DNA of 64,000 bases from an uncultured Aliarcobacter sp. (lineage in GTDB: Bacteria; Campylobacterota; Campylobacteria; Campylobacterales; Arcobacteraceae): contig CAXXLV010000002.1 in the NCBI GenBank assembly GCA_963664305.2, positions 480,001-544,000 on the forward strand, given 5' to 3'. Both the position numbers and the translations under genes were made by a program. The notes under the pieces are model-generated. The model had not been told where the DNA came from, did no database searches, and was given only the letters and a program-made list of their open reading frames with translations. Each line of letters opens with the position of its first letter. Within the stretch, counting starts at the first letter, position 1. Below are positions 50,338 to 60,965 of this stretch, in pieces.

Positions 50338-53022
50338 ATGAAAAAAACAATTACAGTAATAGATACATTTGGCTTTTTATTTAGAAGTTATTTTGCTCTT
50401 CCTCCATTAAAATCAAGAGAAGGTTTCCCAACAGGTTTATTAACAGGTTTTATTAATTTTATATCAAATATTGGAAAAGATTTTCAAACTGATTATATAG
50501 TTTTTGCTCTAGATGCAAAAGGAAACACATTTAGAAATGAACTTTATGATGGATATAAAGCACATAGACCTGATGTTCCAGAAGATTTACTAAAACAACT
50601 TCCAATCGCAATTTCGTGGATTGAACAAATGGGATTTAAAACTGCAATAAGAACAGGATTTGAGGCAGATGATATTGTAGCTTCAATTGCTCATGATGCA
50701 AAACAAAAAGGTTTAGAAGTAAGAATTGTTTCTCACGATAAAGATTTATATCAATTAATAGATGATGATAAAGTTTATTTATTTGACCCGACAAAAAAAG
50801 TAATTATTAATGAAGATAAATGTTTTGAAAAATATGGAGTTCATCCTTCTCAATTTACTGATTATCAATCATTATTAGGAGATAGTGCTGATAATATTCC
50901 AGGAGTAAAAGGAATTGGAGCAAAAACAGCAGAAACTTTAATCAAAGAGTTTGGAACTTTAGAAAATATTTATGAAAATATTGAAAATATTACTAAAAAA
51001 AGAACTAAAGAGTTACTTCTTGAAGGTAAAGAGATGGCATTCATCTCTAAAAAACTTGTAACTTTATCAACAGATTGTCATGTGATTGATAATCTTGATG
51101 AATTTGTTTTACCTGTTGAAAATCCAATTTTAAGAATTAGTGATATTTTAATCAAATATGATATGCATAAAATTTTAGAAAAAGTAAATAAAAATGGAAT
51201 GGGATATAAAACAGAAATCCCAAAAGAGGTAAAAAAAGAAGATAAAATTGAGTATGTTTTACTTGATAACGAACATAGTTTATCTTTAGTTATAAATACA
51301 ATTCCAAGAGATTCTATAATTTCTTTTGATACTGAAACTACAGATATTGATACAACTTGTGCAAAGATAGTTGGATTTTCTTTTGCTTTTGAAGAAAATA
51401 AAGCATATTATGTTCCAATTGCACATTCATATTTAGGTGTAGGAAATCAAATTTCAAAAGAGGCTGCTTTTCAAGCTATTGTTCAATTAAATAGATATAA
51501 ATTAGTTTTACAAAATTTTAAATATGATTATCAAGTAATTAAACATAATTTTGATTTAGAATTAAAACTTTATGCGGATACTATGATTTTATCATGGCTT
51601 TTAAATACAAATGAGAAAGTAGGGCTTGATTATCAAATTGATAAACATTTTAGACATAAAATGATTAGTTTTTCTGATGTTGTAAAAAAAGGTGAAAATT
51701 TTTCAAATGTAGAAATTTCAAAAGCATGTGAATATGCTTCAGAAGATGCATTAATGACTTTAAAATTATTTAATAGACAATTAGAAATTTTTAAAGAAAA
51801 AAATGAAGAAGAGATTTTAAAATTAGCATTTGAAGTTGAATTTGATTTTATTTATGTTCTAGCTGAAATGGAAAATAATGGAATAAAAATTGATGTTGAA
51901 CTTCTAAAAGAGTATAAAGATAAAAGTAATAAATATATTAGTGAATTAACTTCTAAAATACATGAAGTAAGTGGTGTTGAATTTAATATAAACTCGACTA
52001 AACAATTAGGTGTAGTTTTATTTGAAACTTTAGGTTTACCAACATCTAAAAAAACAAAAACGGGATATAGTACAGATGAAGCAGTTTTAAGTAGTTTAGT
52101 AAATGAACATCCTGTAATTCCTTTACTTCTAAAATATAGAGAAGCTTATAAATTACAATCAACTTATATTGAACCTTTATTAGAACTTGGTTTAAAAAAT
52201 AAAGATAATAGAATACACACTTCATTTTTACATACAGGAACTGCAACAGGAAGATTAAGTTCAAAAAATCCAAACTTACAAAATATTCCAGTAGGAAGTG
52301 ATTCTTTATTACAAATTAGACAAGCATTTATTCCTGAAAATGGCTATAAATTAGTGGGAGTAGATTATTCTCAAATTGAATTAAGACTTTTAGCCCATTT
52401 TAGTCAAGATGATGCTTTAGTTGAAGCATTCAAAAATGATTTAGATATCCACTACCAAACAGCTGTTAAAATTTTTGGAGCAGAATTAGCAAAAGAAAAA
52501 AGAAACATTGCAAAATCAATAAATTTTGGATTATTATATGGAATGGGAAGTAAAAAACTTGGAGATACTTTAGGAATTCCATCAAAAGAAGCTAAACTTT
52601 ATATTGACTCGTATTTTGAAGCTTTTAAAAGTGTAAAAGATTATTTAAAATCTATTGAAGATTTTGCTTATACAAGTGGTTATGTAAAAACACTATTAAA
52701 TAGAAAAAGATTGTTTGATTTTGATTCTGCAAATGCAATGATGAAAGCAGCATATTTAAGAGAAGCTGTAAATACATTATTTCAAGGTACAGCTGCTGAT
52801 TTAATAAAGTTATCAATGATAAAAATTTATAAAAAATATAAAAATAACGATAAGATGAGATTGCTTTTACAAATCCATGATGAACTTATTTTTGAAATAA
52901 AAGATGAATTTGTAGAGAGTTTTACAAAAGAAATAAAGGAAATTATGGAGAATATTTATACTTTAAATGTTCCTCTAAAAGTATCGGTTGCAATAGGAAA
53001 TTCTTGGCAAGAACTTAAATAA
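50338..53022 (+). CDS. polA: DNA polymerase I
   Basis: 5'-3' exonuclease (FEADD, GDSADNIPGV), DTETT, TATGRLSS..PNLQNIP, DYSQIELR, AKSINFGLLYG and QIHDEL. Confidence 0.98.
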   Translation: MKKTITVIDTFGFLFRSYFALPPLKSREGFPTGLLTGFINFISNIGKDFQTDYIVFALDAKGNTFRNELYDGYKAHRPDVPEDLLKQLPIAISWIEQMGFKTAIRTGFEADDIVASIAHDAKQKGLEVRIVSHDKDLYQLIDDDKVYLFDPTKKVIINEDKCFEKYGVHPSQFTDYQSLLGDSADNIPGVKGIGAKTAETLIKEFGTLENIYENIENITKKRTKELLLEGKEMAFISKKLVTLSTDCHVIDNLDEFVLPVENPILRISDILIKYDMHKILEKVNKNGMGYKTEIPKEVKKEDKIEYVLLDNEHSLSLVINTIPRDSIISFDTETTDIDTTCAKIVGFSFAFEENKAYYVPIAHSYLGVGNQISKEAAFQAIVQLNRYKLVLQNFKYDYQVIKHNFDLELKLYADTMILSWLLNTNEKVGLDYQIDKHFRHKMISFSDVVKKGENFSNVEISKACEYASEDALMTLKLFNRQLEIFKEKNEEEILKLAFEVEFDFIYVLAEMENNGIKIDVELLKEYKDKSNKYISELTSKIHEVSGVEFNINSTKQLGVVLFETLGLPTSKKTKTGYSTDEAVLSSLVNEHPVIPLLLKYREAYKLQSTYIEPLLELGLKNKDNRIHTSFLHTGTATGRLSSKNPNLQNIPVGSDSLLQIRQAFIPENGYKLVGVDYSQIELRLLAHFSQDDALVEAFKNDLDIHYQTAVKIFGAELAKEKRNIAKSINFGLLYGMGSKKLGDTLGIPSKEAKLYIDSYFEAFKSVKDYLKSIEDFAYTSGYVKTLLNRKRLFDFDSANAMMKAAYLREAVNTLFQGTAADLIKLSMIKIYKKYKNNDKMRLLLQIHDELIFEIKDEFVESFTKEIKEIMENIYTLNVPLKVSVAIGNSWQELK

Positions 53023-53116
53023 AGATAAAAATTATGTAATATATAATTTTATTTTTGACAAATAAAGAAATTTTTGTTATTATTATAACTTAAACCAATA
53101 ATTAAAGAGTTATATT

Positions 53117-53821
53117 ATGTTAAAAACAGTAAGAAATATAAGAAAATTGTACAATGCAAAACTACTATTTATTAGTAGTGATTTGGCAGTTAAACAAACT
53201 ATAGAAAGTGAGTTTGACGATTATTTTAAAGAATTAAAAATTGCTACAACAATGTCTGAAGCGTTATCTTTAGCTTGTTCTAACAATTATGATATGTCAA
53301 TTATTGATGCTGATATTGAGGGTGTTTCTTTTTCAGAATTATGTTCTGAGTTATCTCAATTAGCTCCAACATTACCAAAAATAGTTATTTCTAGTTCTGA
53401 TGATAATGAAAATATCGTTACAGCTATTAATTCAGGTGCTTATACTTTTTTATCTAAGCCATTAAGAGCAAAAGATGTTAAATTAGCTGTAATTATGTGT
53501 CTGAACCAAACAAAAAGAGGTGATAAAATTGAATTTGAAAATGGTATTTATTTTGATGAATATAGAGACCAATTCTTCAAATCAGGTGGAGTATTAATTG
53601 ATTTTACAAGATTAGAAAAATCATTCTTAAAATTATTAATCACAAAAAGAAATGAAATTACAGATTATGATACAATAAAAGATGTAGTATGGAAAGGTAA
53701 AGATATGTCTATTTATACTATGAGAAATATTGTAAATAAAATTAGACAAAAAACTTATTATGAGATTATTAAAAATCATTCAAATAAGGGTTATACAATA
53801 GACATTTTGAAAAATAATTAG
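53117..53821 (+). CDS. Orphan OmpR-family response regulator with atypical receiver
   Basis: IIDAD and FLSKP are retained, the acidic pocket reads ISSD, and a winged helix ends in KGY. Confidence 0.82.
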   Translation: MLKTVRNIRKLYNAKLLFISSDLAVKQTIESEFDDYFKELKIATTMSEALSLACSNNYDMSIIDADIEGVSFSELCSELSQLAPTLPKIVISSSDDNENIVTAINSGAYTFLSKPLRAKDVKLAVIMCLNQTKRGDKIEFENGIYFDEYRDQFFKSGGVLIDFTRLEKSFLKLLITKRNEITDYDTIKDVVWKGKDMSIYTMRNIVNKIRQKTYYEIIKNHSNKGYTIDILKNN

Positions 53822-53860
53822 ACATTATGATTTGCAAAATCTAAATAAAAAAGTTATAAT

Positions 53861-54055
53861 ATGCAAGAACTGATCATACCTAAAGAAGAGCTTATACAAA
53901 TGTTTGAAAGTCAAAAGATTGAAGACACTGGTCGAGGTTGGCTTATGGATGGTAAGGTTGTTGATATTATAGCTTTACATGATATTGATCCAAAATTTCT
54001 TCAAGATGTTAGTAATGCGAAGTTCTATAAACTAATAATCAAAGGTAAAAAATAA
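53861..54055 (+). CDS. Small hypothetical protein
   Basis: 64-aa ORF whose stop overlaps the next start (TAATG). Confidence 0.65.
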   Translation: MQELIIPKEELIQMFESQKIEDTGRGWLMDGKVVDIIALHDIDPKFLQDVSNAKFYKLIIKGKK

Positions 54056-54327
54056 TGTCGCATTGCCCATTTTGCAAAAAAAAGATTGCTATGAGTAAGG
54101 CTTTTTGTTCAAGAAGCTGCAAAGAGAATTATTTTCAATTAATTGCTATCCAAGTTCCAAAACCTTTTTTAAAAAGAATTTTTGTATTTTGTACTCCGGA
54201 GCAAAGAGATGCTGAAATAGAAAATTTTGCTAGTAGACATGGGTGGAGATTAGATTTACTAAAAAATAAGATTATAGAATTAGCTATTGAATCTGGTTAC
54301 AGTAAAGAAGTTAAAATAAATAGTTAA
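54055..54327 (+). CDS. Zn-ribbon (DUF2116-like) small protein
   Basis: Sequence HCPFC...FCSRSC. Confidence 0.75.
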   Translation: MSHCPFCKKKIAMSKAFCSRSCKENYFQLIAIQVPKPFLKRIFVFCTPEQRDAEIENFASRHGWRLDLLKNKIIELAIESGYSKEVKINS

Positions 54328-54343
54328 AAATTAACTATTTATT
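54315..54343. terminator. Hairpin covering both stop codons of a convergent pair
   Basis: AATAAATAGTTAA-AAA-TTAACTATTTATT. Confidence 0.6.
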
Positions 54344-55146
54344 ATTTTTTTTCTTCCAATATAAATTATTATACAAATCCCTAAAATTATCAAAGATTGT
54401 AAAATCCCCATTGTTAGCCAATCACTATATAAGAATCCTAATTGTGTATCTGGTTGTCTGAAGAATTCTGCAATAATTCTTGCAATTGCATAAAATGCAC
54501 CATACATTAATGCTAATTGTCCATCAAAAGTTTTTCTTTTTCTAAAATATACTAAAATTAAGAATACAAAAAGACCTTCAAGTATTGCTTCATAAATTTG
54601 AGATGGGTGTCGTAAAATTCCACCTACATAAATTCCCCATGGAACATCTGTAATACGTCCTATTAATTCTTGATTGAAAAAATTACCTATTCTTCCAAAC
54701 ACATAAGCTGCACTAATTCCAAGAACAGCAATATCTGTTATAAACCAAAAAGATATTTTATTTTTTCTACAAAATAGATAAGAAGCTATAATAAATCCAA
54801 AAAAAGCTCCATGATAACTCATCCCTGAAATTCCTGCATAAACACCATTTATATATGGATTAAATATTTGCCATGGATGAGTTAAATAGTACATTGTATG
54901 TGTATCATAAAATAATACATATCCAATTCTTGCACCTAAAATTACACCAATTTCTGCCCACCAAATATATGAATCAAATAAGTCATTTGAAATAGGTAAT
55001 TTATCATGTTTAATAAACCATTTTGCAATAAAAATTGCACTTATTAATGCTAAAGCATACATAAGTCCATACCAATGAACAGCAACAGGTCCTAAATTAA
55101 AAGCAACGGGATTAAAATTTGAATAAATATTTTGCCAAAATTCCAT
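54331..55146 (-). CDS. lgt: Prolipoprotein diacylglyceryl transferase
   Basis: Motifs VHWYG, GARIGY, GMSYHG, GRIGNFFNQEL.GR, RHPSQIYE and EFFRQPD. Confidence 0.97.
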   Translation of the reverse strand: MEFWQNIYSNFNPVAFNLGPVAVHWYGLMYALALISAIFIAKWFIKHDKLPISNDLFDSYIWWAEIGVILGARIGYVLFYDTHTMYYLTHPWQIFNPYINGVYAGISGMSYHGAFFGFIIASYLFCRKNKISFWFITDIAVLGISAAYVFGRIGNFFNQELIGRITDVPWGIYVGGILRHPSQIYEAILEGLFVFLILVYFRKRKTFDGQLALMYGAFYAIARIIAEFFRQPDTQLGFLYSDWLTMGILQSLIILGICIIIYIGRKKIINS

Positions 55147-55149
55147 ATT

Positions 55150-56448
55150 TTAATCTTCCAGTGCTTCAGCAATTAATTCAATTGGATTTTTAAATTGAAC
55201 ATCAACATTTGCTTGATATAAAGAGTTAGTTATTTGCATTCTACATGCACTACATTCAGCACTTACAATTTGTGCTTTTGTATCTCTAATCATCGCAGCT
55301 TTTGGAGCACCAGCAGCTTTTGCAAAATCATATTTTTCAGTTTGCATAGTAACTCCTCCAAATCCACAACATCTATTTGAATCACTCATCTCTTTTAATA
55401 TATAATTTTGTTTTAAAAGATTTCTTGGTTCTTGCCAAACATTTTGCATTTTTTTAGCATGACATGGGTCATGATAAGTTACAAGTTGGTCGAATTTTTT
55501 ACCAGAATTTGCTAATAAATCTTTTAAATCTGTATTGTTTTCTAACCATTTTGTAGCTAAAAAGATTTTTGAAGATAGTTTAGCTGCTCTTTCTTTCCAT
55601 TCTGGTTGATTATGTAAATAGTGTTCCCAATCTTTATTTATCATTGCACTACATGTTGCTTCTGGAATAATCACAGCATCAACTTCATCAATCCAAGTTT
55701 CAAAATATTTGATATTTTCTTTAACTAAATAATCAACAGTATCAAAAGCCCCCGTAAAATATGCAGGCGCTCCACAACAAAGTTGTTTTTTTGGAATCAT
55801 AATGTCTAAATCTAATTTTTTTAGAATTTTTACTAAAGAATCTCCAGTATTTGTATATGTATAGTTACTCATACAACCAATAAAAATTGCAACTTTATTT
55901 TTTCTACCAACTTCTTCTTTTTTATTTGTTGCTGGAATATTTGCTGGATATTTATTTAAAAAGCTTATGCTATCAGCAAATGGTAGAGCTCTATCTTTTT
56001 TTACAATTGGTAATGAAAATCGCGGAAGTGCTGATTGTTTTGCATTATCAATTTTTAAAGCACAAGTTTGGAATATATAACCCATTTTTGATAGAAAATC
56101 CATAGTTTTTCTATGTCTTAAAAGATAGAAGAAAAGTTTTTTATACCAAGCAATACCATATTTTTGAGCAATATCTGATCTCACTTGCTCAATAATCATA
56201 TCTGTTGGTAAATCATTTGGACAAACTTCAACACAGTTAGTACATAAAAAACATGATTCAAAGATATCTTTTGCAGTTTTATCAAGTTCTAATTCATCTC
56301 TTTTATAAGCTCCAAGTAAATCAATAAAACCTCTTGGACTTGTTGCTTCATCTTGATTTATATTAAAGATTGTACAAACAGGTTTACATTTTCCACACTT
56401 AACACAATCATCAGAAATTTTTGTATAGTCAAATTTTTCTATAGCCAC
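55150..56448 (-). CDS. GlcF-like Fe-S oxidoreductase (two 4Fe-4S motifs plus CCG domains)
   Basis: Motifs CVKCGKCKPVC, CFLCTNCVEVCP, CCGAP, YHDPCH, CCGFGG and CSACRMQ. GTG start. Confidence 0.9.
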   Translation of the reverse strand: MAIEKFDYTKISDDCVKCGKCKPVCTIFNINQDEATSPRGFIDLLGAYKRDELELDKTAKDIFESCFLCTNCVEVCPNDLPTDMIIEQVRSDIAQKYGIAWYKKLFFYLLRHRKTMDFLSKMGYIFQTCALKIDNAKQSALPRFSLPIVKKDRALPFADSISFLNKYPANIPATNKKEEVGRKNKVAIFIGCMSNYTYTNTGDSLVKILKKLDLDIMIPKKQLCCGAPAYFTGAFDTVDYLVKENIKYFETWIDEVDAVIIPEATCSAMINKDWEHYLHNQPEWKERAAKLSSKIFLATKWLENNTDLKDLLANSGKKFDQLVTYHDPCHAKKMQNVWQEPRNLLKQNYILKEMSDSNRCCGFGGVTMQTEKYDFAKAAGAPKAAMIRDTKAQIVSAECSACRMQITNSLYQANVDVQFKNPIELIAEALED

Positions 56449-56528
56449 TTGTAGACCCTTTATAATTTTAAAATTTATAATATTTATAATAAAAATTTAA
56501 TATACAAAAATATTGGTTAAAAGTTCTT

Positions 56529-56551
56529 AAATAGGGAATTTATCCCTATTT
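56529..56551 (-). terminator. Terminator hairpin after the lipoprotein gene
   Basis: AAATAGGGA-ATTTA-TCCCTATTT. Confidence 0.65.
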
Positions 56552-57537
56552 TATGGAAGTTGTGACTTGGCTTTTATTTTTTCTTGCAAATTAATATTTG
56601 TACGATTAATCCCATAATTGATTAAATCTAGGTATTCAATATTTGAAGTAAGAGTTTTCGCTTGATTATACATATTATTTGCAATTTCAAGTTTTCCATA
56701 AGCCTCATAGATTAAAGCTAGATTATAGATTACTTCAAAACTTTTTCCATTTAATTCTTTGTCTAAGTTTTCAAGTTCAGCTTTTGCAATATCTAGTCTT
56801 GTATCTTCAATTAAATTTACAATATTTTCAAATCTATTTCTTTGCTCTTTTGTATAAATTGGATTATCTTCATCTAATTCTTCAATGATATTGATATTAA
56901 AATAGACATAATGTGGAGAAATATCGTCAATTATATCACTTGCTATTTCATCTGCAATTTGAGAATTTATTCTATAATTATTGTTAGATGACAGACTCAT
57001 ATGGGGAATATAAGGTCTATCATAACAAATTGAATCATAACTTGATTTGTCATAAGTTTTTGAAAAAATTATACTATTGTTAACTGGTTTAATAATTTGT
57101 AGATTGGTTGTAACATTATAAGTTCTTTTTTCACAAGGAACAAATCTAACAGCATATTCTATACAATGTTTAGTTTTACTTTTTTCGTCATATCTATAAA
57201 ATCTACATCTTGAATAATCTATCTCATCTCGATAATATGTGTGAACATTAACTGAAGAGTTTAAAACTTCTCCTGTAATTATTGCATCAGTACCAAAAAT
57301 ATCATTTTTTAAAGTGAAAACTCTTTGATTATCTACAATTTTATTTGCTATTTTATTTTCTAAGCTGATGGTTTGATTTACACTATCATTTCTAAATCTT
57401 TCAACAACAACTGTATTTATTTTCTCATTTTCAATTTTTGAAGGCTGAAGAGTTCTTACAGTTAATTTTTTAGCACTACAACCACTCATAAAATATGATA
57501 AAAATATCAATAAAAAAACATGGAATAAATTTTTCAT
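56551..57537 (-). CDS. Putative lipoprotein with C-terminal TPR
   Basis: Lipobox MSG-C20 and TPR-like VIYNLALIYEAYGKLEIA..MY..A. Confidence 0.75.
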   Translation of the reverse strand: MKNLFHVFLLIFLSYFMSGCSAKKLTVRTLQPSKIENEKINTVVVERFRNDSVNQTISLENKIANKIVDNQRVFTLKNDIFGTDAIITGEVLNSSVNVHTYYRDEIDYSRCRFYRYDEKSKTKHCIEYAVRFVPCEKRTYNVTTNLQIIKPVNNSIIFSKTYDKSSYDSICYDRPYIPHMSLSSNNNYRINSQIADEIASDIIDDISPHYVYFNINIIEELDEDNPIYTKEQRNRFENIVNLIEDTRLDIAKAELENLDKELNGKSFEVIYNLALIYEAYGKLEIANNMYNQAKTLTSNIEYLDLINYGINRTNINLQEKIKAKSQLP

Positions 57538-57671
57538 AAAAATCCTTTTGATTATGGAAAATTATAACTTATTTGTAGAAATAATGTGTAATTAGTACTA
57601 AATAAGAATAATTTAATTCTAAAATGAGATAATATTATCATTTAATAAATATTATAGTTAAGGATAGTTTT

Positions 57672-58151
57672 ATGGGATTTTTTACAGCAGATTTATGCGA
57701 TGAGTTTAGTGAAAAAGTACAAATTTTAGGACCAGATTTTAAATCATATGGTGGAAATAAAAAGTTTAAGGGTGAAGTTATTACTGTAAAACTAGAAAAA
57801 AATAATAAAGATTTAGCAACATTTTTAAAAAACAATGATGGAACTGGAAAAGTTGTAGTTGTTGATGTAAATATGAGATATTTTGCAGTAGTTGGAGATA
57901 ATCTAATGAAATTTGCAGCAGATAATAAATATGAAGGAATAATTGTAAATGGTTATGTAAGAGATACTATTAATACAAAAGATTTTGAACTTGGTCTTGT
58001 TGCAAAAGGAACTTGTCCAAGAAAATATATTCCAGTTCAAGATGGGCAAATTGGTGTTCCTTTAGTTATTGATGATGTGGAAATTTATCCAGGTGATTAT
58101 ATTTATGTAGACGTTGATGGAATAGTAATTTGTAAAGAAAAATTGGTTTAA
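57672..58151 (+). CDS. RraA-family protein (RNase E inhibitor / HMG-aldolase fold)
   Basis: Motifs TADLCD, YGG...F.G, VVVVD, AVVGD.L, NGYVRD and PGDYIYVDVDG. Confidence 0.9.
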   Translation: MGFFTADLCDEFSEKVQILGPDFKSYGGNKKFKGEVITVKLEKNNKDLATFLKNNDGTGKVVVVDVNMRYFAVVGDNLMKFAADNKYEGIIVNGYVRDTINTKDFELGLVAKGTCPRKYIPVQDGQIGVPLVIDDVEIYPGDYIYVDVDGIVICKEKLV

Positions 58152-58153
58152 TC

Positions 58154-58720
58154 ATGTATCTTTTTGGTTTTGGTTCACTAATAAATCTTTCTAGTGCTCA
58201 AAAATCTTTTAAAAGAGTTTTATCTCAAAAAGATTTACTTCCTGTGAAAATTAAAGGTTATGAGAGAATTTGGAATGCAATTGAATCTATACAATTTGAA
58301 GATGAAGATGAAGCTATAAATGGAGTTTTTTTAAATATTAAAAAAAATGAAAACTCTACTTTATATGGTGTGATGATTGAAATATCTGATGAAGAGTTAG
58401 AAATTCTAAAATTAAGAGAAAAAAATTATAGTTGTATAACTATAAAAAAAGAAGAAGTTTTAAATTTAGACGTAAAAGATAATTTAATAGCTTTTATGAC
58501 TACAAAAGAAGATAAATTAGCAAAAACTGGTGATAAAAACTCTTTTATACCAGAAAAATATACACAAATAGTAAAAGATGCATTAAAAAATTATGATGAG
58601 GATTTTAATAAAGATTTTGAAAAAATTTTCGAAAATTATCCTTTTGTCCTAAAAAATGGGAATTATTCTTTTACTGACCCAATTCAAAATAAAGCTGCAC
58701 GTGAAGGAACTAAAAGTTAA
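58154..58720 (+). CDS. Gamma-glutamylcyclotransferase-family protein
   Basis: YLFGFGSLIN, KGYERIW, and catalytic-type Glu in LKLREKNY. Confidence 0.8.
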   Translation: MYLFGFGSLINLSSAQKSFKRVLSQKDLLPVKIKGYERIWNAIESIQFEDEDEAINGVFLNIKKNENSTLYGVMIEISDEELEILKLREKNYSCITIKKEEVLNLDVKDNLIAFMTTKEDKLAKTGDKNSFIPEKYTQIVKDALKNYDEDFNKDFEKIFENYPFVLKNGNYSFTDPIQNKAAREGTKS

Positions 58721-60943
58721 ATGAACCAAAATAGTTGTTTTATTCATATTTCAAAACTTTGTAATTCAAAGAGAAAAACAAAAGAAGATAGTTGTATAAC
58801 AAAGAAAAATAATAGTTTATACGTAACATATTGTGAAAACGATAGTTTAGATAAGTTTGAAGCAGATATAAATTTACTTGCTGGAACTTCTTCTTTTTTA
58901 TATTTTTTGAAAAAAAGATTTATAGCAACTTTTATTTCAGTTATTTCAGTTCTTGTGATTTTAATAGCTTTATTATCGGTATCAATTTATGAAGATTTTT
59001 TAAAAAAGATGATATTTGAAATGCCTTCTTCTTGGGAATTTAATGATTATATATCTTTTATTTTTGTTTTTGTTTTCTTTTTAGGATTATTGATGATGCC
59101 ATCAATTTTAGATGGTGAAGGAAATGAATTTAAAACTTTGATTTCATCTTGGTTTAATAAAGATATTAGGAAATTAAGAAAACTAGAATTGGCTCTTTCA
59201 AATTTTGATAAAAAGATGGAAATTCATCTTTATAATTTTGATTTAGAAGATAGTGAACATTGGATTTGGAAGATATTTACAAGTAGAGTTGTAAATAGAT
59301 TTTCAAATATAAATTTTTATATCAGAAATGATAAATTACAAACAATTATAAAAAGAGTAAATAAATTTGAAATATTAAATTTAGAAGTAATAAAATCAGA
59401 AAAAATACCTAAAAAATGTGATGTAGAAATTTTATTAAGTTCAAAAGAACAAAAACTTTATTCTTTAATGCAACTGTGTTCAACAGTTATTGCAAAACAA
59501 AGAGATAAAAAAACTTTTATATCGTTAGAGCTTTTTGAGTATTGTGGTAAAAATTTTATAAAAGAGGAAAATGATTCAAAAAATCAATTGATTTTTGGTT
59601 TCCAAAATTTTATAAATAGAAGTTTTGATGATTTTAAATTTTTAGTTCAAGAAAAGTCTTTACAAGTTTTTTTCACACAAAATGTAATCTTTAAAGATTT
59701 AAGTGAAGAGGAAAAACGTCTTGCTTATTATCTTAGAAATCATATTGAAGAGTGTATAGAAAGATTTGAAAATCCAATATCTCTTTTGATTTTATATTAT
59801 TATGTAAAAGATATAGTTTTAGATAAAAGAAGAACTATAAAAATTCTAGAAAAATTTATAAGTTCAATTAAAAATAAACAACAATATGAATTAATAAATT
59901 TTTATTGGTTTGAAATTGCTGGTTATATGTTTGATTTCAATGATGTGAATACTTTTGAAAGTTCAAATAACTCTTATTATAGAAAGATTTCAATAGATGC
60001 TTTAAATGATTTAGCATTTTTATTTGAGAGAAATGGGCACTTTGAACAAGCAATACTTTTAAATCAATATTTATATGAAATTAATCCAAATAAATATGCC
60101 TTAAATATCTGTTCTTTATATGAAAGAATGGGAAAATTTGAACAAGCTTATGATAGTTTACCAAAAGAGTTAAATTTAGGAAAAAGTTCAAAACCAACAG
60201 ATATTGAAATCAGATATTATCAAAGAAAAGCTGCTTGGATAATCATTTCACAAAGAAATGAAACTTTAAAAGAAGAAGCAATCGAATCTTTAAATAAATT
60301 AGAAACTTTGCTATTTTCTCACAGTGATGATAATGAACCATTATGGTTATGGCATTTTTATAATATAAAAGCAAATCTAAAAGAGTGGGAAGAAAATTAT
60401 GATGAAGCAATAGTTTTCTATAAAAAATGTTTATCAATTCCAACACTTGGAGCTTTTGAATATGGAGCAACTTTTGTAAATATGGCTATTTCTTATAGAT
60501 GTAAATATATAGAACAAGAAATAAAAAATGAAAAAACTATTGATAAATCAATCAAACTTGGGCGTTTAGGAATGATTTTAAAAGAATCAGTTGGAGATAG
60601 AGATGAAATGCCAGTTGTTTTACATAATTTTGCTTTAAATATTTTATATAAAATTGCTAACTCTTTTGATTTGAATTTATGTAATGAAGTTTTAACAGCA
60701 ACAAACGATGCTTTAGAAATTTTAGAGCGAACTAAATCTATAAAAAGATTAGGAATGGTTTTAATTGAAAACTATATTTCAAAAACACTTTTAAAAATTG
60801 ATACAAAAGATATCGTTTTAAAACTTGAAAATCATATGCCACTTTTAGGTCAAAGTGAGTTGAACCAACTATTAAATATATACAAAGAGTTTGAAAAAAA
60901 CAATAAAATGAAAAAATTAGAATTTTTAGATAATTTAATTTGA
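58721..60943 (+). CDS. Membrane-anchored protein with C-terminal TPR-like repeats, function unknown
   Basis: Two hydrophobic helices at about aa 67-127. TPR-like segments LAFLFERNGHFEQA, SLYERMGKFEQA and NYDEAIVFYKKCL. Confidence 0.7.
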   Translation: MNQNSCFIHISKLCNSKRKTKEDSCITKKNNSLYVTYCENDSLDKFEADINLLAGTSSFLYFLKKRFIATFISVISVLVILIALLSVSIYEDFLKKMIFEMPSSWEFNDYISFIFVFVFFLGLLMMPSILDGEGNEFKTLISSWFNKDIRKLRKLELALSNFDKKMEIHLYNFDLEDSEHWIWKIFTSRVVNRFSNINFYIRNDKLQTIIKRVNKFEILNLEVIKSEKIPKKCDVEILLSSKEQKLYSLMQLCSTVIAKQRDKKTFISLELFEYCGKNFIKEENDSKNQLIFGFQNFINRSFDDFKFLVQEKSLQVFFTQNVIFKDLSEEEKRLAYYLRNHIEECIERFENPISLLILYYYVKDIVLDKRRTIKILEKFISSIKNKQQYELINFYWFEIAGYMFDFNDVNTFESSNNSYYRKISIDALNDLAFLFERNGHFEQAILLNQYLYEINPNKYALNICSLYERMGKFEQAYDSLPKELNLGKSSKPTDIEIRYYQRKAAWIIISQRNETLKEEAIESLNKLETLLFSHSDDNEPLWLWHFYNIKANLKEWEENYDEAIVFYKKCLSIPTLGAFEYGATFVNMAISYRCKYIEQEIKNEKTIDKSIKLGRLGMILKESVGDRDEMPVVLHNFALNILYKIANSFDLNLCNEVLTATNDALEILERTKSIKRLGMVLIENYISKTLLKIDTKDIVLKLENHMPLLGQSELNQLLNIYKEFEKNNKMKKLEFLDNLI

Positions 60944-60965
60944 ATAAGAGTATAAAAGGAAGAAA

